Assembly (NCBI GenBank): GCA_044892525.1 | Contig: CM097885.1 | Span: 28,706,001-28,770,000 of the forward strand | DNA from: Schmidtea polychroa | Lineage: Eukaryota | Length of the DNA stretch: 64,000 nucleotides | Direction: 5' to 3' | Shown here: positions 50,600-62,584 of the stretch, piece by piece | How positions within the stretch are numbered: the first letter of the stretch is position 1 | Layout of the letters: every line of letters begins with the position of its first letter | Position numbers and translations under genes: made by a program | Notes under the pieces: generated by a model | Database searches by the model: none | The model's input: only the letters and a program-made list of their open reading frames with translations | Told to the model about the DNA's origin: nothing

Positions 50600-51065
50600 A
50601 GGTATAATGAATCAGGAATGTGCAAAACTATCATTGTTGGTCAACCAAGACATTTGATGAAAATACTGATGTAACGATGTTACAGTTTTACAATCACAGT
50701 GGAAAGAGAATTTGTTCGAAATATTAAAGAGCAACTGTTTTTCATCGTTTTTTGAAAATAATTATGAACTACCAGATGATCAACTTATAACGATTGAAAA
50801 TGAAAAATTAACATGTCCAGAAATTTCGTTACAGCCATTATTCTTGGGAATGGAAACTGCTGGTATTCAGGAGGTGACTTATGGCAGCATGATAAAATGC
50901 GAATCTGATACCATAAGGATTTTCGTTAAAACGCTGTGTTGTCTGGAGGTTTGACAATGAATTCTGGTATTACTGATTATAGATATATTGGTTTTGGTTC
51001 CAGCAACATCAATGAGGATTAAACAATCGCAAATTTGCTTTGTGGTCATTTCTGATTCCAAACTC
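50600..51065 (+). pseudogene. Actin pseudogene with large internal deletions
   Basis: [87 protein letters not shown]. Confidence 0.9.
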
Positions 51066-51758
51066 AGTGTGAGTGTTAATCATTTTAAATTGAAATAAGA
51101 AGTAATAGTCTGAGGACATAATCAAAATAAAACTTCGTTATTATTTTGGTATTTACTATTACTTTGAAAACATGAAACCCCTTTTAAGGAATTGCCATAG
51201 TAAAATTTAATGAAATATTTCAACTTTGTCTTAGAGAAAAAATGAATTTGAAATTCTGTTAGAAAGGTTCCTTAAAGAAAAGCGAGGTAAAGTAAGGTAA
51301 GATGCGGTAAGTAATATAGCGAAATGTTATATTTTTATCATCGGATTTTAATTTTCTTAAACTTAAAAGAAACACATATTTTTTGATTTTTGTTCAGCCT
51401 TAATAAACACTTAATATTATGGGAACATTGATAAGATGAAATTAAAATGGTTTACAGAATGGGTTCAACCAAATTAAGAGAAGCTAGAAAATTTTCGTTG
51501 AAGTCAGCATTATATGCATAAATGTAATTTTAAAAATTATAGTTAATTTACCTTGACTGGCAACAACATCATGATTTTCACCCTTCCTATATTTTAAATA
51601 TAAAATCATAACCTGACAAATCACTCAACCATGTTTGGAATTGTGGACTTATTGGTTTCGAAGTTGATTTTAAGAAATTTAAAGCCTTATGATCCGTACC
51701 TATATCAAACTTTTTTCCAAATAAATAATTCCGACATATAAAACGTACTACTATATTG

Positions 51759-52300
51759 CTAATAGTTTTTTTCGTGAGTACTTAAAAGTCTTGAACCATA
51801 TGCTATGACTTTTTCACAACCATTTTGAACTTGACTTAGAACAATACTAATTCCATTAAAACACGCTTCAGTATCCAAAATAAAGTAATCGACCTTATTT
51901 GTAAAACGCCAAGATTGGTGCACTCGATAAAGCATGTTTAAGTTTTCGGAAACTTTCCTCACACTCGTCATTCCGTTTAATATCTTTTCCATGTCCCTTT
52001 GTAGCTTTATATAACGGTTTGGCCATTTCTTCAAAATTTAGAACAAATTTGCGATAATAGTTTGCTAATCCCAAAACTGAACGTAGTTGTTTGCTGCATT
52101 TCGGTATTTCAACCTCAATAATTCTCTTTATCATATTGTTATTCGTGGATATTCTTTTTGCTGAAATTTTATGGCCCAAGAATATCAATTCACTATTATA
52201 AAACTACACTTATTAGGATTGATCCTTAATCCTGCTAATTTAATTCGCTTGAAAACTTCCTCAAAATTTCTATTGTGTTTCCTTAAAGGCCATCCATAAC
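51759..52300 (-). mobile_element. Degenerate Gypsy RT/RNase H
   Basis: FLGHKIS, LRSVLGLANYYRKFV, LSSAPILA, FILDTEAC..IVLSQ..EKVIAYGSRLL..EKNY. Confidence 0.9.
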
Positions 52301-53018
52301 TCTTTTGAGTCTTCATGCAATAAAAAATCGAACGCTGCTCCTAAATTTAGCGAATTTATCATCATAAATTCTTTAATAGATACAAACCAGTCCTTTGCAT
52401 TTTCTTTTCCTCCAAAAACTTCTTTATTATTGGATAAATTGAATCTTGAATATTCTTTGGCAAAGATTCCATAATTTTCTGCCTTTGCTGTGATCTTGCC
52501 AAAGCTGCGATTTCGACATGATCGCCATTAACTTTTCCATTAATATTCATTAAATCTAACACGCTATTTCCAAAAATATATTTAATACAAAATAACAATC
52601 TAAATATCGTCAGTTTTATTTTATGGAACTGTGGTTCTAAATGCATGCCACTAACAAGTAAGTGTACATGTATCGAGCAATGTACTTATTTTTCTGCTTA
52701 TAACTGATATTATTTTGAAATGGTGTAAAGTAAAATACGAGAAAACATAAAGTTCGCGCTAAAGCTTAATTTCAGTTCTATTTATCAAAGATATTTCACA
52801 ATTTCTTAAGTGTTTTATTTTGAATCATTCATATTAGAATTAGTGTATCACTGAAATGTTTTATGTAACCCCATATAGATTTAATTATTATCTGCAGTTA
52901 TCTAACAATTTCGCAAACAAAGAATAAAGAGTGTGAAATCAAATTTTTCAAACTTTTACTTCAAAGCTTGTTAAAAATAGTCCAGTTCAAAATGTAAGCA
53001 AAACTCCATGCTCTCGAT

Positions 53019-53700
53019 TCAATGTTGGAACGTCATTTCTAGATCATTTTCGGATACTGATTCGCATATTTGTGTAATTTCATTCGCTATACTTTGAGCG
53101 CATATATGATTAATCAGATACTTTATGAAATAGCCGAAGAGCCAGAAATCTGAAGAAGCGAGGACTGACAAGTACAACGAATGGCACATTTTTGTGAATT
53201 CCTGCATTTCCAATAAAGTTACAACCGATTGAGAAACATGAGGTTTTGCATTGACAAAATAGAATTTTAAAGTATAGGCACCCATGCTCGGTTTTTGCAT
53301 TTTTATAATTCGAACTAATGACTCCAAGCAGTCTTCCATGTACGAGTCGACGGTGATAGTGACCCCTCTTTCGCAATAGATGACTTGAATTATAAACGTC
53401 ATACTTACTATTGTTTTGTGAATCAAATTGGTCGTATCTCACTATGGTTCTACGGGTTTTTCATCTGCGACCTAATCGTTGTATTGCTGCTTTCTGCCGA
53501 TTTTCTGAATTGTTCTTTTGAGTAGCTTGTTGTACAATAGACACGTCTTTTGGTATTTATTCTCCTTTAATAAAAAACGGCGTTGATTAAGGAATCACGA
53601 TCAGTTTTCGAGTTTATGTAGCATAATCCGATTCTTCTTTTGTCTCTTTTGAACTATTTCTTTTTAAAATAGAAATATAGAAATTCTTTAACTCCGGCAC
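53019..53700 (-). mobile_element. Degenerate mariner transposase
   Basis: FVNAKPHVS (DNAxPH), HSLYLSVLASSDFWLF (HPPYSPDLAPSDFWLF), ADEK (TGDEKW) remnants. Confidence 0.8.
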
Positions 53701-54326
53701 TGTGTTCTTTTATAGCTTTCATTCTATTTTTACGTCTCTAAAAATTTTTCTTATTTAGGAATAACTGTTGATGACGTTATGTTATAAATACAAATTAAGC
53801 AGTTAGCTACTTATTAACCTTTAAACTAGAGAATTTACTTATGATGCCTATAAAAATCATGAGTCTGTCATGGGAATAGTTATTAAAAGTCCATAACTAG
53901 TTAATCGAGTATTTTTCAATAATGAATTTGTTTGTCAGAGCAAATTAAAAGTCAAAATTAAATTAAAAACTACCAATTCTCAATCAATATTCAAACAACT
54001 TGGCTACTACTTTTAAAACAAATTGAACTAATTATTTTCAATATTAACTTGAAATTATAAATTTGATGTTAAAGTCTTTATAATAATTATTTAATAACTA
54101 AAAGTAAATGATAAAAGTAAAATGAAAGGAGGAGAAATATAGAACTATTTTAGCCTAAAGTTGACAAAGTATATATTATTGCTGAATTATAAGATAAAAT
54201 AAAATTTACATAGGATTTGGATGTCAGCGTTGAAAACTTTTTGTCTGCAGTTTTTATATCTGCATTTGGTGTTTCCGAAACGGATGGCGATGACGCTAAA
54301 AATTAATTAATTTATTATAAATATAT

Positions 54327-56060
54327 TTAAAACTTACTATTTATTGTTGGATCCTTTTCTGATGTAAGCCCTCTATAACCGATTGAGAGTCTGGGATACT
54401 TTAAAGGTAATTTCTCTTTATATCCTTTATCAATTTCTTCTTTAACTTCCATTGTTTTTGTATATTCCATCAAACTAGGGCCAATTGATTCCATTATCGA
54501 AAACCGATTTTTTCTGAGCTCAGGTTTATTGAAAAAGTCTCTTGAAACATCATCGATTGTCTCAATATTATCAGAAAGTGATCCTTCAGTTTCTGATGTT
54601 TTAGTTAAAACATGAAAAGCATGTTTCACATCTTTCGCCTCTACTTTCTCCGCTTCTAGCCATTTCCCAAGATTTTTACTTAATGCTGGAGGAAGATTGT
54701 TAAGCATACTATTGCAAATTATCCTTGCTTCATTCATTTCATCTTCATTTCCATGAAGCTGCATGATCTTTTCAATTAATTTTGCTTGCTTAAGTCTCAT
54801 ACTTTTAATGATTTGCATGGCTTCCTTTTCACCAATCAACTCAATAGTAGCCTGATAAGCGAGGTCATCCTCTGCTACAAGTCCATTAAGCAATTTCTGA
54901 GCGCTTTCCAAATTATTGTTCAAGTAAACCTTTAATAATCGTAAAACTTCATGGTGCATATTACTTGTCTCCTTTAATAATCCTTTAAAGGTTAAATCTT
55001 CAATTCTCGGAACTTGAATGTCTACATCAACACCTTTACTGGCGGGAGTGATATTTGAAATCATCTGAGCAAGATATTGAGACATCATGATCTTCCATGA
55101 TTCTTCATTATATGTTGGTAAAGAAGGAATTACAGGTACTGAATGTTTTCTTATCAACTCACTGGGTTGATAAGTTGTAGTTTTGACTTTATCTGCAAAT
55201 GTCACTGGGGCCGTTTTTACCCTTTCTTTAGATAAGGTAGGAAGAACAGTTACCGATTCTGTCTTTGAAACTTGAGATACTGTAGTGCTTTCAAATATTT
55301 CATGAAGGACACTAATTTTTTTCATTTGTGCAATAATAGCAGCCATTTCTGGAATTCTACATTCCAAAACAAGTTGAAAAAATCTTTCTGCATCTTCCTG
55401 ACTTGACATAAATACATTAAAGATTAAACTTTCGCTATATTTGCCTCGTAGACCTTTCTCTAATATTAGACTTCTTTCAGAAAAATTTGAAAATTTTTCA
55501 GTTAAAACAATTAAAGCATAATTCTTAGCCGGAACAAAAGCAGTTAGAAACTCTTCCAATATATATCTTTGACCACACAATGAAATCAACTTTTCCACAG
55601 TAGACAGATTTACACCGTTTAAAGCATCTTGAATATCATCAAGCAAATCTCCTTTAGACTTATAAAAGTTAAGCAAAAAAGCAAACAAATGATTTGGATC
55701 TGTCAAAGTATTCAAAAATCCTAGCCTAGTTTGTCTGTCTTCGATGATCTTTTCCAAGTCTTGCATCGCTTCTGTACTTCTATTTAATATGAGTAATATA
55801 GATTTGTACATTTCCATTTTTGACCCATAAACACTTTCTAATTTCTCTAACCACATAATCAGTTCTTTATCTGTAATTCTAAGCAGTCTGTCTTTCAAGA
55901 TTCGTTTTTGTACTTGTTTATTGTCACGATTCCCATAAGTGTCGTATTCTTCAATCTGGCGTTCAAGTTTGTCTAGTAAATCTATATCTATTGTTCCCAT
56001 AGCTTCTCCTTCTACTTGTTCGGAGAGATCAGGAGCTTTAGTTGGAGTTAGATCTTCCAT
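54327..56060 (-). CDS. 577-aa helical protein of unknown function, single coding exon, with a 56-nt 5'-UTR intron (56081-56136)
   Basis: 1.7-kb open frame; the ORF-track ATG at 56090 lies inside a GTAAGT..TATTTAG intron, so AAAATGG at 56060 is the likely start. Confidence 0.8.
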   Translation of the reverse strand: MEDLTPTKAPDLSEQVEGEAMGTIDIDLLDKLERQIEEYDTYGNRDNKQVQKRILKDRLLRITDKELIMWLEKLESVYGSKMEMYKSILLILNRSTEAMQDLEKIIEDRQTRLGFLNTLTDPNHLFAFLLNFYKSKGDLLDDIQDALNGVNLSTVEKLISLCGQRYILEEFLTAFVPAKNYALIVLTEKFSNFSERSLILEKGLRGKYSESLIFNVFMSSQEDAERFFQLVLECRIPEMAAIIAQMKKISVLHEIFESTTVSQVSKTESVTVLPTLSKERVKTAPVTFADKVKTTTYQPSELIRKHSVPVIPSLPTYNEESWKIMMSQYLAQMISNITPASKGVDVDIQVPRIEDLTFKGLLKETSNMHHEVLRLLKVYLNNNLESAQKLLNGLVAEDDLAYQATIELIGEKEAMQIIKSMRLKQAKLIEKIMQLHGNEDEMNEARIICNSMLNNLPPALSKNLGKWLEAEKVEAKDVKHAFHVLTKTSETEGSLSDNIETIDDVSRDFFNKPELRKNRFSIMESIGPSLMEYTKTMEVKEEIDKGYKEKLPLKYPRLSIGYRGLTSEKDPTINSKF

Positions 56061-58199
56061 TTTTACAGATAATCTTATTTCTAAATACATTAAAAATCAA
56101 CGAAGATTTGATATGCAAAAAATTTTTACTACTTACAAATAACTTTAACATTTCAAAAATTAGGGAAAAGAGGCAAAGATATAATGTAACAAATTGATAT
56201 AAGCACTTTTCTAAACCGGATTTTATAAAGAATATAAATGTTTGATGAAATACGTTGCATCAGAAGAAAATATGAATATTCACCAAAAAAGAAAAATGAT
56301 AAAGAAACAAAGAAATGAAAAGACAGAGAGAAGGTCCTTTTTACATGAAAAAGAAGCATAGGAAAGACAATATTTGATCCAATTTTGCGTGATACGTACC
56401 ATATTTTAATAGAAAAATTTGGAGGCAAAGATTTTTAAGAAAGTCTAGAATGGTTTAAAATGTGAAAAATGCATAAAAATTTAATGGAAAAACTTTGAAA
56501 AATATTAAATTTATTAAAATTACAAGTGAACTTTTAAAAGTTTGTTAGAAAAATATAAAATAATTTAAAAATATAAATTCAAAAATTAAAATTAGAAAAT
56601 ATAAAATTTTAAGGTAAAAAATCTGTGAAATTTATTCAAAATATTTTATTAAAATTCTCGGATTAAGTACAATTAATTGTTTGTTATATTTGTCTATTAT
56701 AGGGTTACTCAATTAAAAAACTATATTAACAAATAAAATATATTTTAAAAAATATACAACAAAATTTTAATTTTTAATAGTTTTTTCTTAATGCTTTTAA
56801 AGCATATAGTTTTACATCATTAAAAAACAAATCCAGTGAAATTGACGAAACTCCTAAAACTATTGCATTTCCTAATTCGGTTACGATGTTTAAATTTGTG
56901 GGTTTTATTAATTCAAGTCGGTAACCTCTGACTCCACGTGTTCTTTTAATCATAAATAACAAAATAATAAACTACCCAACGTATATTTGAATCAGAAATC
57001 TCTCACAATCCAACAATACAATAAACCACAGAGTTTTACCATCTTAACCGGTTCTTCGCTAGGCGCTGATGCTCGTCAAAATCTTTATCAATATTCACTT
57101 TTTAATGGAACTTTTCCTATTTGATCTGGTCCGCTTCCAATTCAATTTTCTTTTCAGATCTCAATTATTTTCTAACTCTACCCATTCGTTTCCTAACTTC
57201 CTGACTACCCTAAGCTCAGTTTCTTCTTTCTCTGGCTGAGGCAAAATGCCGATTTGCTCTGATTTTCCCTTTCCTTATATACTCTTCGAAATCGGGATGA
57301 CAAATGGTTATTGCCGAGCCCATCTTTCTCTTGATATTCGACTCCAAATATCTGCTTCGGCTGTCACCCAGAATGGTCCAACGAGCAAAGATAATTAATG
57401 GCACTCTCCCGGACCTTTCTACACGCACTATCCTTTTCTTGGTCTTCTCCCATTAATCATTGTGACACAATAATAGTCCCAAATCTTCCTTCTATTTACT
57501 TTTCTCTTTGTTTACCCAACTCGGGATTTCTTTCTACTAGCTAATTAATTAATTAATTAATTTCATTTTCTTGTTTTTCCTCTTTTACGCACCTTTAATT
57601 ACAAATATAATTCAATTTTAATTTTAATTATTTTATAACCCCAACAATATTTTAGAAACAAATAAAAATAAAGTAAAAAAATAATAATGCCACAGAAATA
57701 GTTTTATTAACTAATAGTTTTCTATTTATTAACATTTTTTAAAGAATAGCTCCTCAAAAAACTTAAATTATTTAAAGTCCTATTCCCTAATTTTGTTTTT
57801 ATTTTTGTACAAAATAACCCAGATATCGAGAAATACCCTTTCTGAATCAACACTTGTTGGACGAATTGTCATCAAATAATCATATACCATTTGAATATAC
57901 TTTACTCGTACTTTCTCTTGGCGGAAGTATTTCAATTCTTTTTTCACAATATATTGTCAATTTTCTTTATTTTTTTGTTGTGGAACTGATCCTTCCTGGC
58001 ATTCTGTTTTTTGTTTTTTCAGACAGTATAATTTCTGCTTCATAGGCATTATTATTTGAATTATTATTTAAATTGGTAACCAAATCAGGATGGTTTAACT
58101 GAATCTGACTATCAACAACAATAATCGAAAGTATTTCCACAATACTTTTGATTATTGTTGCTTTATTGAACATGAAAAATAACGTAGTTTTCCTGATTC

Positions 58200-58865
58200 G
58201 AAAAAAACAAATTAGGATCTGTCAAATATTACAGAATATCTCAATAGATAGTCCTTCTTTCCTTTATGTTGCATATTAAGGGTTTTTTAATTCAGTGCTT
58301 AAAAAAATTATTTTGTTTAGACAATTCATCCAACATAAATTTTTACGTTACATCGGCCACATATAAATTAGTATTTTCTTTAGATAGGGTTTCCACAGCT
58401 GGCTTGATAGGTTACAAACTTGTGAATATTTGTGACAATAATTTTAATTCTCTGTCATTGAAATTAAACTCCAATTTTAAATCAATCAAACTTTTTCGGA
58501 CAGCATCTTTAAGTAATAAAAATCTCTCCAACATATTTAATAAACTCTTCCACCTGGTTTTACAATCTAAAATTAAACAAAGCTTTTCCCCAATGATTTC
58601 TTTTACATATTTTTTGTAATAAATTACTATTTGTCGTATTTTTATTAAACAATTTATTTCAGTATTTTGAAGAACAAGTTGAAAAGATTCAGTTGCTTCT
58701 TGATATATTTAAAAATGATCATATTCACTATCGGAAATATCAGAATAAAATTTCAGAATAAAAATTTATATCAAGGATTTTTAATTTACCGAATTTACCA
58801 GTAAATTTACTGAGTGTTTATTTGCCAATTTACCGGTAAACCAGTTTACCGGTATACAATTCCTA
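58200..58865 (-). mobile_element. hAT (ZBED-like) remnant with one terminus
   Basis: LILDCKTRWKSLLNMLERFLLLK..PIKPAVETLS; terminal TAGGAATTG..ACCGGTAAA repeats at 58790-58865. Confidence 0.7.
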
Positions 58866-59279
58866 GCACCAATTTTTAAAAATTGTACAGATAAAAATAC
58901 AAAATTGAGAGCTAATTCACAATATGAATTATATCGTGATTTATTTAAATTATTTAAATCCGTAGAAAACCTCAAAAGGAAAATGGATTTGAGGATGTGT
59001 AATTCAACGGAAAAGTTAATTACATATGGTTCAAAGCAACAATTCAGAAAATCAATGAGGACTGATGAGAATTTGATTGCGGCACATTTAAATAAAGACC
59101 TTATCTGCTTAGATAGACCCAGCTACATTGGTCAATGATATACGTTCCGCAAAGGTCTTTTCTATGTCTTGACGAAATTAGCTGCATAACATTTCTAGCG
59201 CGCTTGTTTATAATTGCTCGTTACGCTAAACTATAAAAAATAGTCGAGGAATCGCTTTCACTAGTTTCCTTATCAACAA

Positions 59280-59720
59280 AACTAACTGGGAAAGATATTA
59301 GTGATGCAGTTATGAAATTATTTCAAATAATTGAGATAAACACATCAACAACAGGGTCAATTAAAACTGATGGATACCCTTCAATGATAGTCCGGGAAGC
59401 TGGTTTTGTCTCTCTTTTTTAAGAACAGTTTGGACATCCAATTAATAATTTTCATTGCATAGTTGTGCAAAGTCTGGATTGACAGGATTTTATGATATTT
59501 TAAGTATTGTTTACAAAATAATAAATTTTATAGCAGCCAGAGCTTTAAATAAGAGGCAATTTAACAAGATGTTGATTCAAATTACCATGCTAATGTACAA
59601 TAAAGTACTCTGGCCTAAACATGGCTTCGTGTTACGTTTTATAGAAGGTTTTAATGAAATTATAATCTTTCTGAAAAGCTTATTTTCGATAACGAATTAC
59701 ATAAAATTTGATGTACAGAA
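59280..59720 (+). mobile_element. hAT (GTF2IRD2-like) remnant
   Basis: TGKDI, KTDGYPSM, FHCI, KIINFIAARALNKRQF. Confidence 0.75.
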
Positions 59721-60970
59721 CATTACAATTGTCGAACTATCATCTCGAAATTGATGAATTATCGAAAACTATTTAAAAACAAAAATCTTATTAAAAATTA
59801 TGTCAGCTAATTATAGAAATAAATGTATGGATTTTTATAATTTTTTATAATTTTTTATAATTTTATATAATTTTATATAATTTTTCAATAAAACATCTAT
59901 TTTCATTTTAAAGAAAATAATTTTTATTGGTACGCAGTCAAAAAAAGGATTGCCATCCATGATATAGCAAGTTAGTTGTTATACTTTTAGTATTTATAAC
60001 ATCCATTATTATATATTAATATTTATTAAATTTAGAAAAAATGAAATTTATTTACAATATTTAAACAAATCTTCACGAAGATTTTTATTCAATGTCGAGT
60101 AATGTAAGCATAAGGAATTTGCATACCACATCAATCTACAACATATATTAATTTAATATTTTATTTTACTTTTATTTATTTAATTATTTATTTAATTAAT
60201 TTCATTATATTATTAAGTGGAGAAAGTCATTTTCTGATTTTTTTTCTTTATTTTCTTCTACTTTCCCCCAAAAGTGTCAACACCGATAGCCCATCTATTC
60301 ATTGTTACTTTTTTTCGTATTTTTTATCTTTTATTGGTCGCTTATCGACCTTATTGGAGTCCTATTTAAAATTTTTGTAATTTTGCTCATTGATTTTTTG
60401 TTTTAATCGATGCTGTCTGTATTTTCATTTTTTTGGTGCTTTATTCTTTATTCTAACTCTATTTACATCTTTTTTGTTTTTTAATTAACTTTTGTATTAT
60501 ATTTTCTTTTCACTTATTTTCTTTTATATATTTTTATTTATTTGCATTTTCCCACTCGCTTTTCTCTTTTAATTTGAATTTTTTGCGTTTTTTCCTGGTT
60601 GTTTTTTCGATTTAGTCAAGCAATAATTATTTTCTTAATTTTTTGCTTAACACACATTTGGTAAAGGTTGTACCGAAATATCGAGTACCTAATATAAAAA
60701 AATTGGTTTTATTTATAGTCCTACAAACATTCAAATCAAAATTATTAAAATAAAAAAAGATGGCAGATGAAATTAAAAGATACAAAATTGATACTATAAT
60801 AATTAACTTAATAATTTGGCTATATATTTCGCTCTTTATTTAATAATTAGTAATATTTATTAAATTAATCTAACCAATCATATGCGATATAAATACAAAA
60901 TAAATAAAATATATCATTATTTGAAATGCCAATAAGATATTATTAAAAACAATTATTAAAGCGATTGAAT

Positions 60971-61771
60971 ATGATTATTTCTGATAATTACAAATACATT
61001 AAAACGCTCCTTTCATCAAAGAAAAGTACAATATATGTCGCAGAAAACTATCTTAGAGAAATTTACAAAAACAAAACTGTAGTCATAAAAAGTTATTACA
61101 AATATAAAGTTAACCTATTCACAAAAAGTCCAGATTATTCATGCCCGATTCCGCTTGAAATGCATTTTATCCAATTAATCAATGATGATGAAATTTGCCC
61201 AAAAATATTTTGTTATTTCCAAAATGATAAAGAATTCGCAATTGTTATGGAACATTTGACAGGCAAATGGATTGAATTGCATGAATACATTATGGCGAAG
61301 AAACGACCTGAAAGTTCAATAAAGAAAATAGTACGAAATGTAATAATAGCCATTCAAAAGTTGACAGAGAAAGGCATTTATCATTTGGATATCAAGCCAA
61401 AAAATATCATGGTTAATAAATCAACATATCAAGTAAAGATTCTTGATTACGAAGACGCGCTTTACGATGTTGAGAATAAATATCCTAAATGTGATGATCA
61501 TGTCGGAACTGCTGGATATTATTGTCCAGAAGTATTTGAGGGTATTAGATATGACGTGAAGAAAAGCATTGTATTCATGCTGGGAGCCCTAACTTACTGT
61601 TGCATTGAACAGAAGAAGCCTTTCAGAAAGGAAAATGACGATTACATCAGGAAATTGTCATTTACTAAATGTTCGAAAAATGTAAAAGTATTTATTAAGA
61701 AATGTATTGTTGTTAATCCGAAAAATAGAATCGAATTAAAAGAGCTTCTCAATGACAATTGGTTTCAGTAA
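60971..61771 (+). CDS. Intronless divergent PIM-like Ser/Thr protein kinase, 266 aa
   Basis: VVIK, IPLEM (PIM-like xPLEx), FAIVME, HLDIKPKN, VKILDYE, GTAGYYCPE, PKNRIELKELLNDNWF; glycine loop lacks Gly; DFG replaced by DYE; CCAAT (60874) and TATAAATA (60888) upstream. Confidence 0.85.
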   Translation: MIISDNYKYIKTLLSSKKSTIYVAENYLREIYKNKTVVIKSYYKYKVNLFTKSPDYSCPIPLEMHFIQLINDDEICPKIFCYFQNDKEFAIVMEHLTGKWIELHEYIMAKKRPESSIKKIVRNVIIAIQKLTEKGIYHLDIKPKNIMVNKSTYQVKILDYEDALYDVENKYPKCDDHVGTAGYYCPEVFEGIRYDVKKSIVFMLGALTYCCIEQKKPFRKENDDYIRKLSFTKCSKNVKVFIKKCIVVNPKNRIELKELLNDNWFQ

Positions 61772-62584
61772 GTGTTAAAATCATAAATTTCGACAAAACA
61801 AAAGAAATAATTATTTTTTCTCTTTAAATTTAAATTGCAGAAATTACTGTTTTTTTATGAGAAGATTAGTATTTTTCAAATTACTCCGGTTATCATGGTA
61901 ATTTGAATCAAAAATATTTTACAAACCATAATATTTATTTTAATTTAACTTTAAGGCAGCTCATTGGGTAGTCGCCTTGTTTGGTACGTTAATCTGATTT
62001 GGAGTTATATTCAAAGTTTACTTGATTAGTTTTTAGATTTTTCCCTCTTCGACTGGCAATTTGATTCTTAACGGCTCGCTTTTTTAAATTTTTCTTCGAA
62101 AAGATTATAATTACCGTTCAACAATTATTCCTGAAATTCAATTCTAATTGACTCCACAACAAGTAAATTCATCTAAATTTAATCTGATCATTTAATACTT
62201 TACCGGAGTTGAAAGATGTGAGGTCCCTACCGGATTTTGGTAACATCCCCCCCCCCTTACTACTCAATAATTAATCAGAAGTTAACAAATATTTTCATTA
62301 ATTATTTCCTTTTATTTCATTATTTTTATTTAATTAATTAATTATTATAATTTTATTTCTTTATTAATTTTTTTAATTTTGTTATTTAATTTATTTTAAA
62401 TTAATACTCTTTTTTACTAATTTACGCAAACTGATACAAAAATGATCATTTACTTCTAAACTTCTAAACATTTAATTCTAAAGATAATCAATAAAAACAA
62501 ATTTTAACAAAGATTTATTTAAATAACATCTGGTATATCTTTTGCTGATTCTTTGAATTGCGAGAATAGTTGATCCGGATCGAA

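Noticed and set aside
56960-57645. LTR-like block ending CCCCAACA-ATAT
   Set aside because: Matching left terminus and TSD not found
59830-59885. TTTTATAA ~10-bp tandem repeat
   Set aside because: Simple low-complexity AT repeat with no evidence of function
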